Shown here piece after piece: positions 23,283 to 34,949 of a stretch of 64,000 bases of DNA (within the stretch, counting starts at the first letter, position 1; the number at the start of each line of letters is the position of its first letter). The stretch is from Rebecca billardiae RCC1528 (Eukaryota; Protista; Haptophyta). The notes below the pieces were generated by a model, which was not told the DNA's origin, ran no database searches, and saw nothing but the letters and a program-made list of their open reading frames with translations. The stretch is from assembly GCA_965240325.2 (NCBI GenBank), contig OZ251223.1, forward strand, positions 3,162,001-3,226,000. Reading direction: 5' to 3'. The translations under genes were made by a program, and so were the position numbers.

Positions 23283-24931
23283 ATGTCGCAGCCCTTCGAC
23301 GGGTACCGGAGCGCGGATGCCACCGAAGCCGCGGCGCCCCCATTCGGCGGTGCGGGTGGTGCCTATCCTCAGATCGCCGCCACGGCTGCGCCGCACGAGC
23401 CCTCCGCGCAAGAGGAGCTCGAGCAGCCCATGGTTGACAAGGCCGGGGGCAGCAGGTGCGCCCCGCGGCGCAACGCGACTGTGCGCCGGTGGCCGTCGCT
23501 CACCCAACGCCCCCTGCCCCGACCCGCATTGCCGTGCTGTTTCGCAGGACGTCGGACGCGCCGCGCTACCGCGACGTCCCATTCGCCCTGCTCTTTGCCG
23601 CACAGCTGCTCTTCGTGATCGTGACCGCCATCGCCAACGCCAATCGGGTCGCAGCGGGGCGATCCGCGTCAGCGCTCGCCGTCTCAGTTGCGACGCTCCG
23701 TATCTGCGCCACGGCATGCCTCCTCTCGGCGCTGCTCACCGCCGGCTGGCTCGCGCTGCTGCGCACGCACGCGCGCTCGCTCATCTGGGCATCGATCGGC
23801 GCGTCCATCGTGCTGTATGCTGCGACGGCCGCGTGGCTGCTCGGGGGGCAGCACTCGTCGTCGGTCGCGCTGGGCCTCCTCGTCCTGGCGGGCGCGGGTG
23901 CGCAGCTCTTCTACCTCTACTGCGTGCGCCACCGCGTGGCCTTCTCGGCTACGCTGCTGTCCACGGTCGCGTCGCTCATCCAGCAGCACCCGGCGCTGCT
24001 GCTCCTCGCGCTCGGCGCGCTCGTGACCTGCGCGGCGTGGCTGGGGCTGTGGTCGGTCGCCGCGGCGTACACGCTGCACGCGCGCGCGCTGAGCATCGGT
24101 GGCGGCGCGCGCGCGCCCACGGGCGCCCACGGTGCCGAGCCCGCGTACGGCGCGCAGGGCGGCGTGCTGCTGCTGCTGCTGCTCAGCCTATACTGGACGG
24201 TGCACGTCGTCAAGAACGTCGTGCACGTCGCCGTCGCGGGCACGGTGGGCTCGTGGTACTTCCTCGCGCCGCGCTCGAACACGGACCCGACGGTGCGCTC
24301 GCTCAAGCGCGCGCTCACCACGTCGTTCGGCTCCATCTGCCTCGGCTCGCTCGTCGTGAGCATCGTGCGCGCGCTGCGGCTCGGCGCGTCGGCCGCGTCG
24401 CGGCGCGCCGCTCCCGGGCCGCTCCGCTCGTGCCTGCTGTGCGCGCTCGGCTTCCTCGACGTGCTCGTGCGCTTCTTCAACCAGTACGCGTTCACGCACG
24501 TGGCGCTGTACGGCAAGCACTTCACCTCGGCTTCGCGCGATACGTGGGCGCTCCTGGTGCGCTGCGGCATCGACGCGCTCGTGCAGAAGGACATGATTGG
24601 CTCGGTGCTCACGATGGGCTGCTTGGTGGGCGGCCTCTTCAACGTGCTCGTGCTCGGCGCGTGGGCGCGCGTGCGCTTCGACGGCGACGTGCACGAGTGG
24701 CTGCCCGCGGCGTGGCTCGTCTTCTTCATCGGTGCGGGCGCGCAGCTGCTCGTGTCTGCTGTCGTCGAGTCGGCCGTCACCGCGCTCTACGTGTGCTACG
24801 CTGAGGACCCGAACGCGCTCGCCACCGTGCACCCGCAGCTGTACGCGACGTTTGTGAACGCCAACCACAACGTGCCGGTCCCCACGGCGCCCGACGGCGT
24901 GGGCGGCATGGGCGCTGCGGCCGCGTTGTGA
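23283..24931 (+). CDS. Choline transporter-like protein (CTL/SLC44/PNS1 family); 2 exons, about 518 aa
   Basis: YRDVPFALLF, SLYWTVHVVKNVVHVAVAGTVGSWY, RALTTSFGSICLGSLVV, FNQYAFTHVALYGKHF, SAVTALYVCYAEDP. Intron 23456-23547 (phase 2) joins the frames. Confidence 0.92.
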
Positions 24932-25383
24932 TCCCAGCTAGTGCGATCGTGGCGCCGGGACTCTGGACCGATGAGTGCCGCTGATCTGTTCTCGCCAGAG
25001 TCGTGACTACTTCCGTCGGCGGAGCCAGGCTTCGGGCAGTCTCTCTCTCTCCCTGCCGCCCGACTAGCTAGTATTGTAGCAGCTTAGTCTCTGCGGAGTC
25101 AGTGACACGGACTTGTGATGCTGCTACAGCCTCGCCCGAGTCAGGGGTTTATTAGTCGTCGTATATTACAATTATTATTCCGGGCCGCCGGGCCGTGGCC
25201 GTCACCGCCGTGCCTGACGCCGTGCACGCGGCCCGGGCCGTCGGAGGATTCGCCGAATGACGATTCAGACGGGCGGAGCACTCAGTCAGACTGACTCACG
25301 TCTCAGAGTCAGAGCCCGCCACTCGGTCAGTACTCAGTCCGATCGATATATGTATAGCTTCAAAGGACGCCAATAATGTTATT

Positions 25384-25385
<2 letters not shown>

Positions 25386-25472
<87 letters not shown>
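25386..25472. repeat. (TA)n microsatellite, 87 bp
   Basis: Uninterrupted TA run. Confidence 0.99.
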
Positions 25473-25474
<2 letters not shown>

Positions 25475-28172
25475 CCGCGTTCCGCGGTCCTCTTCTGTCA
25501 GAACCAACGTAGTTGGGGGCCCGCGGTGCAGCTGTGCCACCCGCTCCGTCACCGCCACGGCACGGCGTCGCCCGTCGCATATGCCACCTGGCTGCATCAG
25601 TCGCGCGGACTCGGCCACTCCGCACTCGGCGCCGCTGGCCGCGCAGATCTGAGCCTGTGGCTTTCGTGTCAGGCAGTCAGGCATCCGTCGTGCCCATCAG
25701 CGCCCGAGAGCTGGCTCTCAGTCACTGAGTGAGTGAGAGCCGCCGCTCTAACAGCGCGCGGTCCGAGCTGGCGAGCTCGCGCGCCAAACGCCCGCCCATG
25801 CTGATGCGCCAGTCAAGCCGTCGAGACTCTCGATCGAGACAGCTCGGATGCGGCGGACGAGAGCAAAATCCATCACAGCTCGGCCATGGACGGCGCGAGC
25901 GAGGGCTTGGGCGAGCGAGATGGCCGTGGTGGCTGCTCTACATCCCGACAAAACGTCCAAGACTACCCGCTCGCACCACGCCGACTGGATCAGGGCCAGG
26001 CGAAGGCTCCGCACTGCAGATCAGGCTCGGCGCCAGACGGCTGAGCCGGAACGTCACTCGCGAGGCCCCGCGCTTCAACACGCCGAGAATTCAGCTGCGC
26101 GGCGTGCGGCGTGGCGCGCGCGGGCGCGCGCATGGTCAGCTGGAAACACAGCGAGAAACTCGCCTCGCCCCCACGCGCCACGCGCATTCGCACCCATAAA
26201 TAATATCACACGCGAGGAGCATCGTCCGATGAGTGAAGCTACTCGGCAGCTTCATTGGCACCGGTGAGTCAGCTCACGGCTGCGCAGTCAATAAACGATG
26301 AACTCGAGGGACACCCGATGCTGCTGTCGCCTGCGGAGTAGGCCTGGATTCACGCGTTAGGATGCCCCGCGGTCTCCTCCTCGTACCGTCGCCGACCGCT
26401 CTCCGCGCGCGGGCGTTGACATCGATAATCGATTCGTCGGTCCGCGACCGCCGGTCGTGCTCGGTTGGAAACCGCACTGACTGGGCCGAAGAGCCTCAAG
26501 AGGGATCGGCAGGGCGGGGCGCGCGGGGTGAGCGGGGCACGAAAGCGACGCCGATGACCGTCGGGACCCGCCGCAGCCGCGCGCACCTGCGCTGACTGAG
26601 TCCGTCGAATTGAACGCCTCGTGCGCAGCGCCGCCGGCGCGAGGCAGCCCCTCGGCTTCGGCTGAGTGAGCCCTTCTCAGCGGGCTCAAACAAACCTACC
26701 GACCCGGTCGGGATCCGGCACAGGCGACGGGCGGCCAGGGAGATAGATAGTATGAAGATTGCGTTGTGGTGGCGCGATCAACATTTGATCATCAAACGTC
26801 GTCGCGCTCCGCTTGAATCTCATTGGCCGAAAAATTCGCTTGTAACGGTTCGCTACGTTAGGGATCCTAAAGGGCGTGAAGTTTTTTGGACGGGCGTCAC
26901 TCCCGCTTTGCTTATTTATCGGAAGAATCGTGGGCGCGTCCATTCCTAGCTAATCGATGCCTCTTTGCGGTCTCAAAATTCGAAACTCGGTCTCTTCCAG
27001 CCTTGAAAATTGTCCCCCGTCCCTTTTTTCTTGATCAAAGGACAAAGATCTTTTTGAAACGTGGTTAGGGCCCACGGAGCGGGCTCCACGCTGCGCGCTC
27101 CGCCCTGCACCGCGGGCCATTATTAGCTATATATTATTCTTCGGCGGCCGACATAATATAAGTTTTCAACCGCGGCCGGCGGCGGCAATGTCCGACTCCC
27201 GGTCACTGTTCTCAGTGAATAAACTGTTATGCCTAGCTATAGCTAGCTCCGACTTACACACGGTGACACACGGTCTGCTCATCAAATTCAATATCACTCC
27301 ATCAGGCCCGGAACGTCCCAACCCCAGGCTACGTCAAGCCTCATCAAGGCTCGAGTCGGCGAGTCCGTGATGCTGGTATTGGCATCAATAATATACTATT
27401 GTCATATGCAAGAACCCGCAAAGCCGCGACTGCAATACTATTCTTGGCCGGTGACTTTTTTATTATTATAATAACAGTCCGGGGTGGACTTTAGCGCCAT
27501 ATATATGATACTTTAGTCTGAATTAGGTGATGTCACTGATGACAATGCCGTCGCCGCCGCGCTGGCTTAAACGATTATTATTAAGAGTATATTAATAAGT
27601 CGGACTCGGGGCACCCCCGGAGGCCGGAGCGGAAGCGGGCTCAGGAGTCCGAGTCTGACTAGTCTGTCTGTCTGTCTCAGTCTGTCTGAGCCTGACTCGG
27701 ATCTTGGCACGGGTGGTCATCATGCGGTCCGACACGGGCGACACTTCGGCCCGGCCATCCGCATCGGCCTCACGGGCTCGGCGCCGAGGGCCATCGCCAT
27801 CGCCATCGGGTAGCGCCGCTGCGCCGCCGCCGGGGCCCCGGGGCCCGAGTGCCCCGACGCTGCTGAGTGCACGATTGCGGAACGAGTGCGGTGTGCCGGT
27901 GTGGGAGACCCCTCGGGCTCGGATACGCGACAACAGATTGATATATGCTAGCTAAGCCACTCGATGTGCACAATACACTGCCGGCAACTGAACTGCCCGA
28001 GTCACTGCCGGCCGTGTGACCCGGGTTTGCCGCGCAGTTGGTTGGGCGGCGCGGTGTCTGAGCAAGCCACGGCAGATGAAAGGTGAGTAGTCATAGGGCA
28101 CGATGAGCATCACATGTCGTCCTCGTTGACGATGGACCCCGGCGATGCTGCTGGTCACTTGGTGCTGCGGCA

Positions 28173-28763
28173 TCACTCATCATCAGCCGGTGTTGGTGCT
28201 GGAGCAGCAGCTGGAGGTGGCTTCCAGCTGAAGAGCGAGGCGTGCTTAGCAGCACGGTCCTCGGGCAAGGCTGCCACAGGAATCCCTGCGGGCTGCATTC
28301 GCTCGCGCATGGGCTGCAGAGCCTGCTTGCGAACAGCCCTGCGCTCGGCGAGCTCATTGAGCTCCTGCTCCATCTCTTTGTTGCGCGCTGTGTTCTCTGT
28401 CAGCACACGAAGGCTGAGCTGCTCAACCTCTGTGAGTAGAGGGGTCGAGGTTTCCGCAGCAGGCGCCGCAGAAGGTGCTGCGGTCACGTTTGCCTGGTCC
28501 TGCGCCGGCCGGGGCGTCGGCTTTGGCCGGGCGGGCAACTCCTTGGCCAGCATGCGCAGCGCGGAGCCAAGCATGTCGGCAGAGCGATCAGCCTCAGTCC
28601 CGCGCGTCTCCTCGAGCTCCTCGAGAGCCTTCGTGCGCGCTGCGCTCGCTTCAGCGGCCATCTCTCGCTTGACCTTCGCACGAATCGCCGCCTCGCGTTT
28701 CTTCCGGCGCTCGTGGTCCTCACGCGCTCGCAGCCGCGCCGCCTCTCCGCCGGTCGACGACAT
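28173..28763 (-). CDS. Hypothetical small coiled-coil protein (196 aa)
   Basis: MSSTGGEAARLRAREDHERRKKREAAIRAKVKREMAAE... charged helical segments. AT-rich promoter-like DNA upstream. No family recognised. Confidence 0.5.
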   Translation of the reverse strand: MSSTGGEAARLRAREDHERRKKREAAIRAKVKREMAAEASAARTKALEELEETRGTEADRSADMLGSALRMLAKELPARPKPTPRPAQDQANVTAAPSAAPAAETSTPLLTEVEQLSLRVLTENTARNKEMEQELNELAERRAVRKQALQPMRERMQPAGIPVAALPEDRAAKHASLFSWKPPPAAAPAPTPADDE

Positions 28764-28908
28764 CGCTAACGGTCGAAGGTCCGACAATGGACCAACGCAA
28801 GCATTCAGCATTATTCTTCTTTCCTTTAATAAATTGATTCATCAGCATCCGGCAATGGCCGCGAGACTCTCGCGGCGGGCGAGACGAGCGGCTTTTATAC
28901 CACCGCCT

Positions 28909-28985
28909 TCTAATGGCCCTGTAACGGCCGGCGGGTCGCTACCCCTCGCCTAGCGAGGGGTGCTCGACCGTTACGGGAGATTAGA
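28909..28985. other. Imperfect 77-nt hairpin flanked by 10-bp direct repeats
   Basis: TCTAAT/ATTAGA, CCC/GGG, GTAACGG/CCGTTAC and ACCCCTCGC/GCGAGGGGT pairings; GCTTTTATAC at 28891 and 28993. Confidence 0.6.
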
Positions 28986-29608
28986 TGCACCTGCTTTTAT
29001 ACTTTATAGCGGCAAGTCGGACGGACATCAAATCGACAAATGAGCTTACTCAGATCGGCGACGGCTTCATGGGCGGTGACAGTTGGCGGGCGTCGATCTC
29101 GCCTGCCTGAGCTGTGTGCGTCTCTTATTCTTAGTAAGTTACTGTAGGTCTCTCTTCGGAGAGCGTGCGATGAAGGATGGCGCGCGGCAACCTGCCACCG
29201 TGATGAGCCTTACGCACGTTAAAACAAATAAACTGTACTTATACAGTACTTCATTCGGTTACGCGCAGCCTGGCCAACCTTGCGGGCCGCTTGATCGTCA
29301 GACTCAACGACTGTGTGGGGCCAGGCGGACTATCATTGACAGGTCTGCATCGTCGCACGGCATGCCGAGAGGTCAGTCCGTCGGAAGGGTGATTTCCGCC
29401 CCTCACTTCCCATCCAATTCACGAGCAGCCTCACAGGCACAGCGCGCTCCCCGCCTCCCCGCTCGGACCGGTTGCACGAACATATTGGCCTGGAAATGGA
29501 CGTGACAGTGATCGACGAGTGAATCGTCCCCGGACCGTGCAGGCTTGCAGGCCGCCAGAGACTGGTCCTCCGAAGGATGTGTAAGTGGCGCTTCGAGTTG
29601 CAAGCGCC

Positions 29609-30220
29609 TCAGATGAGTCCGATGCTGCCAAAGAGCACGCCGGAGGAGAAGCGCTTGTCGGCAGCATCAACGATGAGTACTTTCACCTCATACACGCCAT
29701 CGTGCAGAGACGCGGGCTGTATCACGACTCGCGCCTTGCCACCGTGAGTCATTGGATCAAGCGTGCCTTTGTATGACGGGGGTGGCACGTACGGGTTGTT
29801 CGTGGCCCACCAGAGCTCCTCGCCCTCCTCGTTCACGAAGGTGCACTTCACGCCAGTCGTGCCGGTCATGTACCCATGTGCATGGACGGAAAAGACGCCG
29901 CCGTCGACGTGGTCGCCCTCGCGAGGCGCGAGCTCGGTTGGTGGTGAGACTGCAAACTTGCCCGTGTCGGCGCTGAACGACTTGAGCTTCCATGTCCAAT
30001 GCGAAGTGTTGATGACGGCAACAAGCGTGCTCCGATCGCCTCGTTCATAGGCGCCATCTGCAAGCTTGCTCGGCACGTGTTCGGCGAGCTGCAAGCCCGC
30101 ATCAGACGCGATTGCACTAAGAGCAACGAGAGCAGCGCTTGGATTCGGCTCCACACCGCTGTCCTCGGGCGAACGCTCGTCGGATTGCGGCAAGGCCAAA
30201 GCGTCGGCGCTAGGCTCCAT
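29609..30220 (-). CDS. Aegerolysin/Cry34/actinoporin-like beta-sandwich protein (203 aa)
   Basis: RSTLVAVINTSHWTWKLKSFSADTGKFAVSPPTELAP...FSVHAHGYMTGTTGVKCTF...LWWATNNPYV follows the recalled RS-x-I-x-N...G-W/F...PP..I.P...TG-T-G...W-x-NPY pattern of this fold. Intronless. Confidence 0.6.
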   Translation of the reverse strand: MEPSADALALPQSDERSPEDSGVEPNPSAALVALSAIASDAGLQLAEHVPSKLADGAYERGDRSTLVAVINTSHWTWKLKSFSADTGKFAVSPPTELAPREGDHVDGGVFSVHAHGYMTGTTGVKCTFVNEEGEELWWATNNPYVPPPSYKGTLDPMTHGGKARVVIQPASLHDGVYEVKVLIVDAADKRFSSGVLFGSIGLI

Positions 30221-31042
30221 CGTGCAGCGGAGGTGAAACAGCCGCCTTGCGCGCCGGACCCCAACAAACAAACTGTTCGTTTGCGCACGCGTCTTTTTGA
30301 GCTTCCGAGCTGATCAAGAGTTGACATCAGTCACATCAGATTCAGAGACAGAGTTGACTGTGAGTCGGACTACTCGGACTGGCCCGCGACCACGGAGCCT
30401 GTCGGAGGCAATCCTGTCGTGAGGCATAACGTCGACAACGGTCGTGACGCGTAAATCATGATGACCATGTACGACTTGAGTCGCGCAGAGGACACAGAAA
30501 GAATTGTGACTGTGTCTGTGAGAGAAAGATCGGATGATAATGACCGCGCAGCCGCGTCGGCAGGCGCCACTCGATGACTGATGTGATTACCGATGGACGA
30601 ACGCGGGCCGGCCGGCCCGCGACACCGTGGCCCACCGGCCCCGGGCGTGGCCTGCCCGACCACGGACCGGCCACCGGGACCACTCCGACCAGCCGGACCG
30701 GGCGAGCGGCCCGCGGGGCAGGCCGCTGGCGCTGGCCAGACGCCGCGCGACGGCAGATTCTGCTAGTTGACACTGTTCGGACCGACCCCGCCGTTAGTCT
30801 GTCGAGCTCCGCGCTTGCGCGGAGCGCTCCGCGGCGTCGCCAGAAAATCGACGTCGCCGAGATGAAACGGCTGGGTCTCAATCAGCCAGCCACCGGCGTG
30901 ACTGATGACTGGATCCGAGTTGACTCGTCAGTGACGTCACTGACGGCGCTGATGAAACCGTCATGCCCGATGGCGGAGATGAACGTCGGGTGATCTCAGA
31001 GAGGTCGCGCCGTGGGCGACCTCATGCCCAGGGGATATCGGG

Positions 31043-31645
31043 TCATGCTCTCTGCAACGCCTCGCGAAGGGCGAGCATACGGTCCATGTTTGCGCCCATG
31101 TCGCCCAGACCGATGCGCAGGCTGGACCTGAACTCGATAGACTTTCGCCGCGCGTCGAAGAGCAGCTCGACGTCATCGACAAATCGGAAGAGCCCAATGC
31201 GGAAAGTGTAGTGCGCGTAGCCATAGCGGTCATCTAGCACGCGCTCCCGTATCAGTGAGGCCGCCCGATGTGGCAATCGCAGCTCACCGCCGAGAATGCG
31301 TCTGCGAGCGCCAGCCATGGCTGCTTCCAGCGTGTGAGCATCCGGTGGGAACGCCAGCGGCGGTCCGTCCCCTCGCGCGCTAGCGGCGCAGCACTGGTGA
31401 CTGTTCACATGTAGCGGCGCGAGTACGCGCTGTGCCAGCTGCTCGTCCGACGTCGGCGAGCCCCAGCGCCCCACATGCGAAGACATGCTGAGCAACGCAA
31501 AGCCGAGGAGTTGCGCCCAGCATATGCGCCGCACTATCCGCAGGCCGCGGGAGCGGGGCTGGAGCCTTTGCGTCAGGGCGAGCGTTGCCGTTGTTGTCAG
31601 TGTCATCGTCGACGTGCCGCCGAGCACGCCATGGAAGCCGACCAT
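31043..31645 (-). CDS. DUF1499 family protein (5' end uncertain, adjacent to LINE insertion)
   Basis: YAHYTFRIGLFRFVDDVELLFD...IEFRSSLRIGLGDMGANMDRM matches the DUF1499 FVDD-x-E / RS-x-x-R-x-G-x-x-D-x-G-x-N-x-x-R signature; upstream hydrophobic segment. Confidence 0.75.
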   Translation of the reverse strand: MVGFHGVLGGTSTMTLTTTATLALTQRLQPRSRGLRIVRRICWAQLLGFALLSMSSHVGRWGSPTSDEQLAQRVLAPLHVNSHQCCAASARGDGPPLAFPPDAHTLEAAMAGARRRILGGELRLPHRAASLIRERVLDDRYGYAHYTFRIGLFRFVDDVELLFDARRKSIEFRSSLRIGLGDMGANMDRMLALREALQRA

Positions 31646-31769
31646 GGAGGCGCGTGCACGCCGCCGCACCAGGCGCGCGTGACCCGCAACAAGGGATGCC
31701 GCCGCGTTGATGAGCAAGCGCGGGCGAGGAAATACGCTCGAAGATAGGACGACGCCGGAAGCAGAGACG

Positions 31770-34700
31770 AATGTCTCGCTGGCAGATGACCCACGTGGGC
31801 TATGTGCGCGCACGTCCATGGCAGCCATGGGTGCCCTGCAATCAGTAGAGCACCCAGCACGGGCGCGCGTACGCGGCGCCTCTACATTTGCCTCCACCAT
31901 CGTCACCGGGAGAAATTCTGTACGACGCATGGGGTGGGCACTGCTCCCATCCGAAGTGAATCTCGGCAGCAAGCTGATGCAGCAGCTGGCCCCCGGGCTC
32001 GGGATGCTGGCCACAAACCGGACCCACAGGGCATATACAAGACTCGCCGCAATGCCAGGGGCAGCTGCCCTCCCCTGCTTGGCACCACACGGCCTTCCTG
32101 ACGCGAACGGAGAGATGCTCAGCCGGATCGAGCACTCACTGGTGGACGGTACCCAGCACGTGTTGCTAGGTGTGCTCATGCAACAGCCACCAAGACAGAT
32201 GGTCTCCACTGCGTTCTATGCGGAGCTGTCCTCACTGCCACATAGGTCCCGCCCGGCGGTGATACTGGCAGTGAGGGATATGCTGAGGGCAGTCCTGACC
32301 GACCAGAGCTACTACAGGTACCTGGGGCACGTGCCTGCCGCCAAGCGTACTGTCTGTGATCCACCCAATCCCCGCCATCTGCCTGCACTTCCTGTGCCTG
32401 GCATGCTAATGGTGGCCACGGACGGCTCATTCGATGCAGAGAACGGGCAGGCCGCGTGTGCCTTTTCCTTCTTCAACGGCAACAATTACACTGCCCCTGT
32501 GCATGTGTATTGCTCCAAGTTCGCGGGGCACCAGGCACCAGGCCCAGCCGAATTCATGGCCATCACAGATGCATTGGTGCAGATAGACCCCACCGCCAAC
32601 CTGCTGGTGTGCACTGACCTGCAGGAAATGGTAAAGGCCGCCGAAATGTGGCAAAACGACCCCTGGGACCGACGGCTTCGGCAGGGGCACCACGCGTACG
32701 CCCCATACATCGCCAGGGTCATGAGCCTGGTGGGCTGGCGCCGCTTGCGGCATGGCAGCACCACTTCATTCGAGCATGTCAAGGCGCACTCTGCTGACGA
32801 TGCTGCTGCGCGACACCTCAGCCTCACACACAACCCGGGGGACCAGCACTGCACTGTCAGCCAACACAGTGTGGCGGCTTTGCGCCAAGCAGGGATGAAC
32901 CCCAAAACCCTGCTCAACGCATGCAGCGATGCGGGGGCCAAGCTCTGCTGCTCTGACCCCGCAACCCCCTGTGTGACTCACAAGAGAGGTGGCCACCCAA
33001 ATGCGGGTTCCCATGCAATGGTACAGCTGGCCGATGGAGAGCCAGTGGCAGGCCGAATCAAGCCCCTTGTGTATGACAGTGTGCTATCACAAAGGGCAAC
33101 CCACCTGCAAGTCACCAAGTCCAGCTGTGACTTGGTGGGTGAATGGACCGGCGTGTGGCCAGAGGCCTCCACTGGCGTACTACGGACCTGGCAGGCCAAC
33201 ACTGTGCCTGCCTACTACATACTCCACCACGGATATGAGTTCCTGCAGCCTGCTGCCTTGCGAGACCCGACGTTGCTCTCTGTGCGATTCCAGTCGGGGG
33301 CGGCATTTAGCGATGCCTGCCCCCTCTGCGATCATGCTCCACTGCTACATCCAGCGCCAGATACTGAGCACCACCTCTTCTCTGAGTGCCCTGAGGTCGA
33401 TGCCTACCGAATGGCTGCTGCCAGAAGCGTATCGCATGTAATTGAGCCATTCATGCAGGGACAGGCTGCAGCATGGAACTTGGCACGTCACGTGTGCTCT
33501 GGGGCTGCTCTCATGGGCAGGGTGCCCAGCACACTGAAGACCACTGTGGGGGGCAACGTGCATCTCGGCAGGACCATGCACGTGGCCTTACTGAAGGCAG
33601 GGCTAGGCATCATGCAGGCCCGCAAGGACGTGGACTCCCAGCTGTCGAAGGCAGGACGTCTCCTTCGACATGCCAGGGAGCTTCGGCCGCCGCCTGGGCA
33701 CGGCCCAGGGGGGCAGCCCCCACCCCCACAGGCACAGGCAGGCCCAGGAGGGGCGATTGCCATGAATAATCAGTTGCAAGGACCACCTGTCATCCAGCAG
33801 CAACCCCCTGCCCAGGCTGGCCAGGGCTGGCAGGCAGGCGCGGGGCAGGCCAACCTGCACCAGCCCATAGCGCGCGGTCACCACGTGCGCCCCCAGTCAC
33901 TCTCGCAGGCGTGGCCCCTTCAGCGTGCTCGCCCCCTCCCTATGGTGATTGCGTGGCCTCTGCAGCCTGCCACACCTCTTGTGGCATGGCCGCTCCAATA
34001 TGCCACCCCGCTGGCTCGCAGCAATGTGGGTCCGCCGGACAATATGTTGACACATGGGGGCCCTGAGATGGAGGCAGACCCGGCTGCTGGCAGTCACACT
34101 GGTAACGGAGCTCACAGCGACCTTACACAGTCAGACACTGGACAGCAGGCCGCACAGCCGCCTGCTGGCTCTGCCAGGCCACCGGCAGCCCCCAGGCGTG
34201 GGCTGCCTCCTCCTAGTCAAGCGCAGCAGGACAGCCCCCCGCCCAAACGACACTGCCCACCCCGCCAGGCAAATGTGCCGCAGCGGAGCACGCTACCCCC
34301 TGCACAGCGCAGCAGGAAGAGGCGAGCGAACGACACCTCCCCAGGCGTATTAGCCATCGCCACCACTTTGCTTGCTTCCTACAGCGGCCCACGCCCGGAC
34401 TTGATGCCCGATGTAGCACACATGTCTGACATGACCCCCTCTGCCTCCATAGCTGCACGAGTGAAATACAGGCGCCTCGCTGCCAGGGCCAGTGGCCCAG
34501 ACCCCTGCCCAGCTACTGGGCTCGATGACAGTCCCCTCAGCTCCCTTCACCGCGCAGGGATCGGCTAGTGGCTGGCCCTCTGCCCACACTGGGGCACCCT
34601 AGGGGGTGCCCCTGCTGCCGACTCGGCTCAAACTCGATGATCTTGAATTGCAAGGCCGTACACTGCTTGTACCTGGGACCACCCCACAGTGTTGGGCTCG

Positions 34701-34905
34701 TATGCTGTTGGCAATGGCATACCCCCGCCCCCTCTGGAGGCGGGCTGTCCACAGTGGAGTGGTGTCAAGACACTAGGTGTCTCGGTCAGTGGTTTGAGGT
34801 TGGGTGAGGGTGGTGGTTGGTTGGGGGCTGGCCAGGGTAGGGCTGGAGGCTTCGGCCGCCAGCCTGATCACCCGGAGCCCGTTATAAAGGGGAATTTAAA
34901 AAAAA
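31770..34905 (+). mobile_element. 5'-truncated non-LTR retrotransposon (LINE) retaining RNase H and CCHC zinc finger; ORF open to 34568
   Basis: RNase H motifs VATDGS / AEFMAITDAL / LVCTD / FEHVKAHS / NACSDAGAK, then CPLC...HHLFSEC. Abrupt drop in GC and CpG relative to host genes. 3' UTR ends AAAGGGGAATTT-A8. RT core absent; 5' boundary approximate; no TSD found. Confidence 0.85.
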
Positions 34906-34949
34906 GCATCTCAGAAATGTTGCGCAGATGTAATCTCGCCGTACCCCCA

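Noticed and set aside
25296-25684. ORFs with YIYIYI runs
   Set aside because: Translation of the (TA)n microsatellite.
25848-26267. HPDK motif suggesting a J-domain
   Set aside because: Flanking helices lack J-domain consensus residues and there is no convincing gene structure.
31707-34568. Host RNase H1 gene
   Set aside because: Downstream CCHC finger, foreign composition, A-tailed 3' UTR and a second UTR copy indicate a LINE.
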